This document shows, piece by piece, positions 56,626 to 64,000 of a DNA stretch of 64,000 nt (positions are counted from its first letter, which is position 1; the number at the start of each line of letters is the position of its first letter). The DNA comes from an uncultured Anaerolineaceae bacterium (GTDB lineage: Bacteria; Chloroflexota; Anaerolineae; Anaerolineales; E44-bin32), in assembly GCA_964528155.1 (NCBI GenBank), contig CAZGRL010000006.1, forward strand, positions 26,648-90,647, read 5' to 3'. Under the pieces are notes generated by a model. The model worked only from the letters and a program-made list of their open reading frames with translations, had not been told where the DNA came from and searched no databases. Both the position numbers and the translations under genes were made by a program.

Positions 56626-56844
56626 CAACTTAGTCATAGAAATTAGGGTGAGAATGACTTCCTTTGACTGCATGTGTCTGAGGCGGGGACGCTAGCCTCC
56701 TTGTCTCGGATCGCCTGAAACCAGCACCCCAGGCGGCCAACAGACGAGCGACGGCCCGTCCCCGCAAAGCGATCTCCGGATCGCTAACGGCAGGCGAGCC
56801 TGTTCGCAAACGGCTGTTGGCTTTTTGTTTCCCTGGAGGATCAA
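56626..56844 (+). promoter_or_regulatory. Structured ~220-nt leader of the cysM block, with a 13-codon Cys-containing mini-ORF and a terminal U-tract
   Basis: Mini-ORF 56654..56695 encodes MTSFDCMCLRRGR. Pairings: GCGGGGACG (56683..91) with CGTCCCCGC (56757..65); CGGATCGC occurs twice around GCGATC; GCCAACAG (56736..43) with CTGTTGGC (56814..21), followed by TTTTTGTTT. Confidence 0.45.
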
Positions 56845-57798
56845 TTGACTGAGGTCACTCTTCAGACCAGGATCATCGAAGACAAGCTCGGAGAGGCGAA
56901 TCAGCTGTTCGCCCACGTGGGTGGCACACCCTTGCTCCCGCTACGGAGGGTCGCTCCAGACCTGCCGGATGAGGTCCGGATATGGGGAAAGGCGGAGTGG
57001 TTCAACCCCGCCGGTTCGGTCAAGGATCGCCCAGCCTCCGGCATCATCCGCTCCGCCCTGCAGAACGGTCGACTGGGCGAAGGGCAAATCCTGCTCGACT
57101 CGACCTCGGGCAACATGGGGATCGCCTATGCGACTTTCGGGGCCGCACTCGGCATCCCCATCAGGCTGGCGATACCCGGCAATGCTGGCCCTGCCCGCCT
57201 GGCGATCCTGAGAGCCCTCGGAGCGGAGCTTGTCATCACCGATCCGACGGAAGGCTCGGACGGCGCCCGCGTTGTCGCCCACCGAATGGCTGACCAGGAT
57301 CCGGATCGGTTCTATTACGCCGACCAATACAGCAACCCTGCCAACTGGCAGGCACACTTCGAAAGCACAGGGCCCGAAGTCCTCGCCCAGACACGCGGAA
57401 GGCTAACGCATTTCGTCAGCGGGCTTGGCACGACAGGCACCTTGACGGGCGTCGGTCGCTACTTGCGAGAGCACGCCCCTGAGGCCCGCCTAATCGCGGT
57501 TCAGCCGGATGGACCGATGCATGGGTTGGAAGGGTTGAAGTATCTTCCGACCAGTCACATGCCTCCGATCTACGATTCGACTCTCCCGGACGAGACGGTT
57601 TCCGTCTCGACGGAGGAGGCCTACGCGATGGCCCGTCGCCTGGCGAGGGCTGAAGGATTGCTGGTCGGCCTTTCGGCGGCTGCAGCAACGGTGGCGGCCT
57701 TGCGAATCGCTGAGGCTGAACGATCGGCAACGATCGTCGTGCTGTTTCCCGACTCAGGGATCAAGTATCTCGATCTCCCATTTTGGAGCCAGGCATGA
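56845..57798 (+). CDS. cysM: PLP-dependent cysteine synthase family enzyme (CysM-like)
   Basis: NPAGSVKDRPA (PLP lysine), TSGNMGIA and GTTGTLTG. TTG start lies 4 nt after GGAGGA. Confidence 0.85.
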   Translation: MTEVTLQTRIIEDKLGEANQLFAHVGGTPLLPLRRVAPDLPDEVRIWGKAEWFNPAGSVKDRPASGIIRSALQNGRLGEGQILLDSTSGNMGIAYATFGAALGIPIRLAIPGNAGPARLAILRALGAELVITDPTEGSDGARVVAHRMADQDPDRFYYADQYSNPANWQAHFESTGPEVLAQTRGRLTHFVSGLGTTGTLTGVGRYLREHAPEARLIAVQPDGPMHGLEGLKYLPTSHMPPIYDSTLPDETVSVSTEEAYAMARRLARAEGLLVGLSAAAATVAALRIAEAERSATIVVLFPDSGIKYLDLPFWSQA

Positions 57799-58247
57799 CG
57801 ATCATTCTCAGCTCATCCCTCATTCGTCAAATCCATGAAAACGGCGAACGGCATTATCCGGAGGAGGGCGCCGGGCTCATTTTGGGAAAGGCCGACGCGC
57901 AGGCGCGCCGGGCGACCGGACTCATCCATCGCGCCAACAGTTTCGCCCCCGAGTCGCGTCGCCGACGGTATGCCATCGGTCCGCAGGAGATGCTTGAGGC
58001 GGAAGACCAGGCCGAGAGCCTTGGGGTCGACATCGTCGGGGTCTTCCACTCCCACCCAGACCACCCGGCACGTCCATCAGAATTCGACCTTGCCTGGGCC
58101 ATGCCCTGGTACTCGTACGTCATCACCAGTGTTTCTAATGGGAGAGCTGTTGAAAGCCGCTCGTGGCGGCTCTCCGATGATCGGAGCTCGTTTGTCGAAG
58201 AACAGCTTGTTCAGATTGAAATCGAAGCCTCCGAGGAGGAACGATGA
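57795..58247 (+). CDS. JAMM/MPN+ metalloprotease (Mec+-like)
   Basis: EEGAGLILG and HSHPDHPARPSEFD (H-x-H-x7-S-x2-D). ATGA overlap with cysM. Confidence 0.85.
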   Translation: MTIILSSSLIRQIHENGERHYPEEGAGLILGKADAQARRATGLIHRANSFAPESRRRRYAIGPQEMLEAEDQAESLGVDIVGVFHSHPDHPARPSEFDLAWAMPWYSYVITSVSNGRAVESRSWRLSDDRSSFVEEQLVQIEIEASEEER

Positions 58248-59011
58248 GTCTGGTACGTCTACCGACCCCGCTACGTCCCTATGCTGACGGCCGCAAGCAA
58301 GTCGAAGTGAAGGGCACGACGGTCGCCGATGCTCTCGCAGATCTGGCGAAGTCGTACCCGGAGTTGAGCCACCATCTTTACGACGATGGTGGACGCTTGC
58401 GCCCGTATGTGAATGTGTTCCTGAACGACGACGACGTACGCACCCTCCAGGGTGAATCGACCCCAATCACCGACGAAGATCGTCTTGTGATCGTCCCCAG
58501 TATTGCGGGAGGGAGAGCAGGTTCGCCGGAGAGCACAGCCCTGCGCCCGGTCGATCATACGGCCTTGCGCGTGAACCAGGCATTCATCATCAGCTTTCTC
58601 GGTGCGGCTTTCATCGCCGGATCCATCCCGCTGGTCGCGTTGGTTTGCCTGGTTATGGGCATCGGCAGTGTCGTCGGCCGTCCTGGTTTTCTCCCGCTCT
58701 ACCGCCTGCTTCGGGGTCGCGGTCTCTTCAAGCCCGATGTCGTTCAAGACAACTCCGAGCCGCACCGCTTCGCCCAAGGTATGGGCGCCGCAGTCCTGGT
58801 GGGCAGCGTGATTTGTGCGGTCGCCGGCCTGAGCATTGTCTCTTGGACGCTGGCCTGGGTGGTCATCGCCCCGGCCGCCCTCAACCTTTTCGGCGGTTTC
58901 TGCGTCGGCTGCGCCATTTACTACTGGCTCAGTCGTCTCGGGGCTCCCGGTTTCAACCGGGCGCCGCCTCCCGGGGTAACCCCCGGCCGACGGCCGTCCT
59001 CATCGGCCTAG
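58244..59011 (+). CDS. ThiS/MoaD/CysO-like beta-grasp sulfur carrier fused to a DUF4395-like membrane domain
   Basis: Residues 1-90 end in VIVPSIAGG (GG codons at 58508..58513). The ORF then continues through four hydrophobic segments to 59011. ATGA overlap with the JAMM gene. Confidence 0.7.
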   Translation: MSLVRLPTPLRPYADGRKQVEVKGTTVADALADLAKSYPELSHHLYDDGGRLRPYVNVFLNDDDVRTLQGESTPITDEDRLVIVPSIAGGRAGSPESTALRPVDHTALRVNQAFIISFLGAAFIAGSIPLVALVCLVMGIGSVVGRPGFLPLYRLLRGRGLFKPDVVQDNSEPHRFAQGMGAAVLVGSVICAVAGLSIVSWTLAWVVIAPAALNLFGGFCVGCAIYYWLSRLGAPGFNRAPPPGVTPGRRPSSSA

Positions 59012-59017
59012 GTTCCA

Positions 59018-59464
59018 ATGCTGGAACGACTTATTCTCACCCTTTTTCTCGCCGGCCTGGGCTGGCTGGCCTATCGAACGATCTCCGGCTACATCCTCCG
59101 CAGGCATGCCGGCCGCACGCTGCGCCTCGACGGCTACAATCCGGGCCAGCCAGCGATCCTGTATTTCACCGCTCCCGGCTGTGGTCCGTGTGAGACCATC
59201 CAGCGACCGGCTCTACTCGAGCTCGAAGCCCTTTCAAACGGCAGAGTCCAGGTGATCGAAGTCGACGCCATCGAGCAGCCAGAGCTGGCTGACGCCTGGG
59301 GTGTTCTGACTGTACCGACTACCTTTGTCATGGACTCCCACGGCCGGCCGCGCGGGGTGAACCACGGCGTTGCCCGGGCTGGGAAGCTCGCCCATCAATT
59401 GACCGCCGTCGGCGAACTGAAAACCCCGGGGCTGGATCCGAGTCACGTGCATGAGAGCAAGTAG
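59018..59464 (+). CDS. Membrane-anchored thioredoxin-family protein
   Basis: TM segment (LILTLFLAGLGWLAY), CGPC active site in LYFTAPGCGPCE, and VPTTFV. Confidence 0.85.
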   Translation: MLERLILTLFLAGLGWLAYRTISGYILRRHAGRTLRLDGYNPGQPAILYFTAPGCGPCETIQRPALLELEALSNGRVQVIEVDAIEQPELADAWGVLTVPTTFVMDSHGRPRGVNHGVARAGKLAHQLTAVGELKTPGLDPSHVHESK

Positions 59465-59556
59465 AATGAAGGCCGGCGCTGAGAGCGCCGGAAATTCGAT
59501 GTCATGCTTCAAACTGACGTCGCGCCAAAGGATCACGAATCTATAGAGAGTGACGA

Positions 59557-60735
59557 ATGGATATCCCGAAGAAGTCAAATAGCAATGGGCAATTGTCCCA
59601 CTCTGAAATCCTGCGCTACTCGCGCCACCTGCTGATGCCGGAGGTCGGCCTGGAGGGACAACAGAAGCTCAAACAGGCCTCCGTCCTTGTGATCGGAACC
59701 GGCGGGCTCGGTTCGCCGGTGGCGATGTACCTGGCGGCGGCCGGTGTCGGTCGGCTGGGTTTGGTCGATTATGACGTTGTGGACTTCACCAACCTGCAGC
59801 GGCAGATTATCCACGGGACACAGCGATTGGGTGAGAGGAAGGTCATCTCCGCCCGCGACAGATTGCTCGATATCAATCCTTCGATTCAGATCGACGTGTA
59901 CGACGAGCCTTACACATCCGAGAATGCGATGAGCATATCGGAGCCGTACGACGTGATCATCGATGGGACGGACAACTTCCCCACCCGCTATCTTGTGAAC
60001 GATGTGTGCGTCCTGAGTGGAAAGCCCGACGTCTTCGGCTCGATCTTCCGATTTGAGGGGCAGCTAAGCGTGTTTTGGGCGGAGAAAGGGCCGTGCTATC
60101 GCTGTCTATTCCCCGAGCCGCCTCCACCGGGCCTGGTGCCTTCATGCGCCGAGGGCGGCGTGTTCGGCGTGCTCCCCGGTACGATTGGCACGCTTCAGGC
60201 GACGGAAGCCCTCAAGCTGATCCTCGGGATCGGCGAACCCATGATCGGGAAGCTTCTCCTGTTCGACGCATTGGGGATGGACTTCGACGAAGTTCGCCTG
60301 AAGAAGAACCCTGACTGCAAGGTGTGCTCGGACCACCCCGAGGTGACCGAGTTGATCGACTACGAGGAGTTCTGCGGTGTGCCCGGGCACGACCGCCCGG
60401 AGTCGCTGCTGGTCAGTGAGTGGGAGATCGACGCCAGGGACCTGGCGACGCGCCTGCAGAACGGAGAGCGGATCCGGCTGATCGACGTGCGCGAGCCCCA
60501 CGAGCTGCAAATCTCGCACATCGACGGCGCCGAGTTGATCCCCCTCGGGACGCTGGCGGGCCGGATGAACGAGCTAGATAGCGCCGAAGAGATCGTTCTG
60601 TTCTGCAAGGCCGGCGGCCGCTCCGCCCAGGCGCTTCAACTTCTGGCGGGGGCCGGTTTCCGCAAGATCAAGAACTTGCACGGCGGGATCAACGCCTGGG
60701 TGCGCGAAGTGGACCAGAGCCAGCCCGTGTATTGA
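59557..60735 (+). CDS. moeZ: MoeZ/MoeB-type E1-like adenylyltransferase with C-terminal rhodanese domain
   Basis: RYSRHLLMPEVG, VIGTGGLGSP, CxxC pairs (CYRC, CKVC), and a rhodanese domain with the active-site loop FCKAGGRS. Confidence 0.88.
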   Translation: MDIPKKSNSNGQLSHSEILRYSRHLLMPEVGLEGQQKLKQASVLVIGTGGLGSPVAMYLAAAGVGRLGLVDYDVVDFTNLQRQIIHGTQRLGERKVISARDRLLDINPSIQIDVYDEPYTSENAMSISEPYDVIIDGTDNFPTRYLVNDVCVLSGKPDVFGSIFRFEGQLSVFWAEKGPCYRCLFPEPPPPGLVPSCAEGGVFGVLPGTIGTLQATEALKLILGIGEPMIGKLLLFDALGMDFDEVRLKKNPDCKVCSDHPEVTELIDYEEFCGVPGHDRPESLLVSEWEIDARDLATRLQNGERIRLIDVREPHELQISHIDGAELIPLGTLAGRMNELDSAEEIVLFCKAGGRSAQALQLLAGAGFRKIKNLHGGINAWVREVDQSQPVY

Positions 60736-60760
60736 CTCGTCCCGATTCCGGGCCTATACT
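60732..60760 (+). promoter_or_regulatory. Candidate promoter for the T-box leader (TTGACT-17-TATACT)
   Basis: TTGACT 60732..60737 overlaps the moeZ stop. TATACT is at 60755..60760. Confidence 0.55.
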
Positions 60761-60766
60761 CTATGG

Positions 60767-61103
60767 ACAATTCACCTCAAGAACGGCTTTGAAGAGGGCG
60801 AGTAGCCGCCGAGACGGTCAACCAGAGAGTGGGGAGTGGTGGAAACCCCACAGGCACGCCGGCGGTGAATGGACCTCGGAGCTGCAGGGCCAAAGGCTGA
60901 TCGCCGAGTAACCCGTGCCGGAGCTGCCACCGTTATCAGGGTAAAGGGCATCGCGGATTTTCCGCCGTGCTCAATGAGAGTGAGGCTGGCTTTTTCAACC
61001 CCGTCGCATCACCGGCGGGGTTTGCGGTTAAGCCGGCCTAACCGGGGTGGCACCGCGGGCGTTCAGACGCTCGTCCCCGACCGGGGACGGGCGTTTTTTG
61101 TTT
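60767..61103 (+). promoter_or_regulatory. T-box riboswitch leader, specifier UGG (Trp)
   Basis: Stem I elements GAGTAG, AGAGAG (60824) and a GGTGGAAA distal loop. Specifier loop GTGAA-TGG-A has TGG at 60870..60872. T-box sequence AACCGGGGTGGCACCGCGGG is at 61040..61059. Terminator ACGCTCGTCCCC gacc GGGGACGGGCGT is followed by TTTTTTGTTT. Confidence 0.8.
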
Positions 61104-61272
61104 CCAGAGACCCTGCCCGTCTCCCTGACCGCTGGTCATGGACGAGGTCGAGCTTCGATCTGGCGTTCATGATCACGAGCGACGGACAGGAGGTGTGAAG
61201 GGAACGATCGATCACAGGATCAGTTCGTACGCCGACACAATGCTTGCTCAACCCAATCAAAGGAGGCCGGAA

Positions 61273-62646
61273 ATGACCGACCGAACGCGTTTCATCTTGA
61301 CCGAAGAGGAACTCCCGAAGGCCTGGTACAACATCAACCCCGACATGCCTGTTTCTCCCGGCCCGGTCTTGCACCCCGCAACCTTCGAGCCTGTGACCCC
61401 TGACTTCCTCATGGCGCTCTTCCCGGCCAAGTTCGTGATGGAAGCGGTCAGCATGGACCGTTTCATCGAAATTCCAGACCCCGTCCGGGATGTATATAAG
61501 CTCTACAGGCCGAGCCCGCTCATCCGCGCTCGACGCCTGGAGAAAGCCCTGGACACCCCGGCTCACATCTACTACAAGTACGAGGGGCTCTCACCGGTCG
61601 GCTCCCACAAGCCGAATACGGCCATCGCCCAGGCATTCTATGCGAAGGAAGAGGGGGGGACTGGTCTCACAACAGAAACCGGTGCCGGGCAGTGGGGATC
61701 CGCCCTGGCCATGGCCTGCCAGTTCTTTGGGCTGGACTGTCAGGTCTACATGGTCAAGATCTCCTACAACCAGAAACCGTATCGCCGCGTCTTGATGGAG
61801 ACCTATGGCGCGTCGGTCACGCCGAGCCCATCCGAGAAGACCGAGTTCGGCCGGAAAATCCTCTCTGAAAACCCCGAAAGCCTGGGCTCCCTGGGCATTG
61901 CCATTTCGGAGGCCGTGGAAGCCGCGGTCACATCGAACGGCAAGTACAAGTACTCCCTCGGCTCGGTCCTCGGCCCGGTGCTGATGCATCAGACGGTGGT
62001 CGGGCTAGAGACGCTCAAGCAGTTCGAGCTTGCCGATGAATACCCCGACATCTTGATCGGGTGTGTCGGCGGGGGAAGCAACTTCGCCGGCTTCTTCTTC
62101 CCCTTCCTGTACCAGAATTTCACCGCTGGGAAGAAGACCCGCATCGTGGCAGTCGAGCCGACCGCCTGCCCCAGTTTGACCAAGGGCCTGTACGCCTTCG
62201 ACTATGGGGACACCGCAGAAACGGCGCCCATCGTGAAGATGCACACGTTGGGTCACACTTTCGTCCCACCGGGGATCCATGCCGGGGGGCTGCGCTATCA
62301 CGGCATGGCACCTCACCTGTGTGCCCTCTACAGCCACGGCGACATCGAGGCTGTAGCCGTCCATCAGCTGGCAACCTTCGACGCCGCAATCAAGTTCGCC
62401 AGGGCCGAGGGTATCGTCGCCGCACCCGAATCGGCGCATGCGATCCGGGTAACGATCGACGAAGCCTTAAAGTGCAAAGCCGAAGGGGTCAGCCGGGTGA
62501 TCGGCTTCAACCTATCCGGCCACGGACACTTTGACTTGAGTGCATACGAGGCGTTCCTCAGCGGAAAACTGAAAGACTACGAGTATCCCGAAGCTGAGAT
62601 CGAGGCGGCCAAAGAACATCTTCCACGCATTCCCGAGCTCGCCTGA
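61273..62646 (+). CDS. trpB: TrpB2-type tryptophan synthase beta-like PLP enzyme
   Basis: N-terminus ILTEEELPKAWYNINPDMP, PLP lysine in GSHKPNTA, and GCVGGGSNFAG. ATG 61273 follows AAAGGAGG. Confidence 0.85.
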   Translation: MTDRTRFILTEEELPKAWYNINPDMPVSPGPVLHPATFEPVTPDFLMALFPAKFVMEAVSMDRFIEIPDPVRDVYKLYRPSPLIRARRLEKALDTPAHIYYKYEGLSPVGSHKPNTAIAQAFYAKEEGGTGLTTETGAGQWGSALAMACQFFGLDCQVYMVKISYNQKPYRRVLMETYGASVTPSPSEKTEFGRKILSENPESLGSLGIAISEAVEAAVTSNGKYKYSLGSVLGPVLMHQTVVGLETLKQFELADEYPDILIGCVGGGSNFAGFFFPFLYQNFTAGKKTRIVAVEPTACPSLTKGLYAFDYGDTAETAPIVKMHTLGHTFVPPGIHAGGLRYHGMAPHLCALYSHGDIEAVAVHQLATFDAAIKFARAEGIVAAPESAHAIRVTIDEALKCKAEGVSRVIGFNLSGHGHFDLSAYEAFLSGKLKDYEYPEAEIEAAKEHLPRIPELA

Positions 62647-62667
62647 CGCGAGCATCCTCCCTCAAGC

Positions 62668-62704
62668 AAGGCCCCAGGTGCATGGCGATGACACCTGGGG
62701 CCTT
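62668..62704 (+). terminator. Hairpin after trpB2
   Basis: AAGGCCCCAGGTG catggcgatga CACCTGGGGCCTT, a 13-bp stem with no clear U-tract. Confidence 0.5.
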
Positions 62705-62834
62705 CGCCTCACTCCCCTACTTGCAGGCATCTCCATACGCCTCAGACAGGCCTTCGGGTGCAGAGCGGCGGCCCACGGCCATCCCGCGGTTCGGCACCGT
62801 GCTGTGGGAGCTTCACAGAGTAGAATCCACGTCG

Positions 62835-64000
62835 ATGATCACGCGGCGCATCGCCCTTCCAGCCCTGTTGCCAATCGTGGCTATCCTTGCCGCGTGCAAG
62901 TCGCTGTCGCCTCATTCGCCGGCGGAGATCCCGACATCCCCGACAATTGCGACGTCTCCTCCGGGCGAACAACTGACCGCGCTCCCGAGTTCAACCCCAA
63001 CCCTGGATGCTGAGTTCCAGGATGTCACGTTGATCCCCGGCCGGCTTCGAGGCGACTGGTCGGTCATCGGTCTTGTCACAAATGAGTCCGCCGGCAGCGT
63101 GGGCGGGATTGAGCTGAACATCAGCCTCTTCGACGCAGACGACACCATGCTTGCTGCGCAGACAGTCAGTCCGGTGTTGACCACCCTCGGTCCGGGCGCG
63201 CAATCTCCTTTCTCGGCGCGATTCCCCGGCGCCGGAGTGGCAGATCATGCCCGGGTGGAAGTGATCGCATACCTTCCATCAGGCCAGTCCTCGGCGCCAG
63301 TCGAGATCGAGCAGCTCGAAACGCGACCCACGGGTGATGGACGGATCGCGGTCTACGGCCGAGCCAGGAACAGCAGCCAGCAGACGGTAGAAATCGTAGA
63401 TCTTGTGCTCATGGCGAGCTCCTCGACCGGCGAGCCGATCGCGCTGTCGGACAACGCGAAAGGTCTTTCCGTACTCGAGCCCGGTGCATCGGCGCCTTTT
63501 GTGGCAGTTCTCGGCGCGAGCGATGCATCTGTCCAACTGCAGGTGTTCTCCGTCGCGCAGCCCGTCGCCAGCCGGAGCGAGCCGGCCCTGGGCTTATCCG
63601 AGCCAATCCAGATTGAATTTGATGACGACGGATCCCCGCTTGTGATCGGGACTCTCCACAACGATAGCCACGACTGGTTGAACGCCGACGTCGTAGTCGA
63701 GCTTCACCAGGGCGACGAACTCGTGGGTCTGGGCGAGCTCGAACTCCCGTGGCCGATCGCCCCGGGTGAATCTCAGCCTTTCCTCATCAGCGAGTTTCCC
63801 GGCCTGCCTGAGCGCATCCGAAGCTTAGGAACCGAAGTGGGGAACCTCGTCGCGACCGCCGAGATCGACCCGGCCGGGTCAGGCATCAGCACCTCCCCGC
63901 CGATCACGCTCGAGGCGGACATCACTGCACAGGAAGTGATCGAAGGGTCCCTTTTCCTGAAGGGAACCCTGACCAACGGCGGATCCGAGAAGATCGATCG
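62835..64000 (+). CDS. Lipoprotein with at least three repeated beta-sandwich-like modules; runs off the window
   Basis: Absent from the ORF track because it is open at the edge. My translation from ATG 62835 begins MITRRIALPALLPIVAILAACKS. It shows repeating modules of the form G-x-V-x-N-x-S ... L-x-D ... PG-x-S-x-PF, and there is no stop through 64000. Confidence 0.65.
   Translation, partial: MITRRIALPALLPIVAILAACKSLSPHSPAEIPTSPTIATSPPGEQLTALPSSTPTLDAEFQDVTLIPGRLRGDWSVIGLVTNESAGSVGGIELNISLFDADDTMLAAQTVSPVLTTLGPGAQSPFSARFPGAGVADHARVEVIAYLPSGQSSAPVEIEQLETRPTGDGRIAVYGRARNSSQQTVEIVDLVLMASSSTGEPIALSDNAKGLSVLEPGASAPFVAVLGASDASVQLQVFSVAQPVASRSEPALGLSEPIQIEFDDDGSPLVIGTLHNDSHDWLNADVVVELHQGDELVGLGELELPWPIAPGESQPFLISEFPGLPERIRSLGTEVGNLVATAEIDPAGSGISTSPPITLEADITAQEVIEGSLFLKGTLTNGGSEKID

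Noticed and set aside
56620-56845. SAM-I/S-box or Cys T-box element in the cysM leader.
   Set aside because: No AUC-AGAG-GG...GAGGGA...GCAACC core was found, and no GGGUGGNACCGCG T-box sequence. The region is kept only as an unclassified leader.

Overview
The window is a visibly GC-rich bacterial chromosomal segment made almost entirely of tightly packed housekeeping genes. T-box use and the gene content suggest a Chloroflexota or other Terrabacteria-type organism, but that taxon call is inference only. I saw no transposase, integrase, prophage or CRISPR array. Main blocks: (1) tupA-like binding protein and permease, then era with an overlapping SPPY DNA methyltransferase, then SURF1. (2) An eight-gene minus-strand operon, nusA-ylxR-infB-rbfA-nrnA-truB-ribF-thyX. 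(3) gyrA. (4) Three tandem LysM/M23 peptidase paralogs, a GNAT gene and a DHH-CBS-CCA nucleotidyltransferase fusion. (5) GH13 hydrolase, lipoate ligase, DUF4230, DUF503. (6) A signalling cluster: CheY-like regulator, two histidine kinases, an OmpR-type regulator, then XRE-TPR-GNAT. (7) Miscellaneous genes (YbaK, SPFH, hydrolase, DsbA, DUF554, PduO, ComEA, MscS, MutM, MBL, Add), a giant SecA and tRNA-Leu(UAA). (8) Cell-wall genes (L,D-transpeptidase, amidase). (9) A cysM / JAMM / sulfur-carrier / thioredoxin / moeZ block, followed by a Trp T-box and trpB2. The most interesting signals are: a sulfur-carrier beta-grasp domain with an internal Gly-Gly fused to a membrane domain beside a JAMM protease; a consensus promoter plus Cys-codon mini-ORF leader in front of that block; a family of long perfect triloop palindromes related by compensatory changes, one decayed copy carrying a G16 run; an in-frame TAG splitting a gene; and an MshEN-like motif pair in a histidine kinase. 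Two real ORFs are missing from the ORF track because they run off the window edges. Many long antisense ORFs in the track are GC artefacts.
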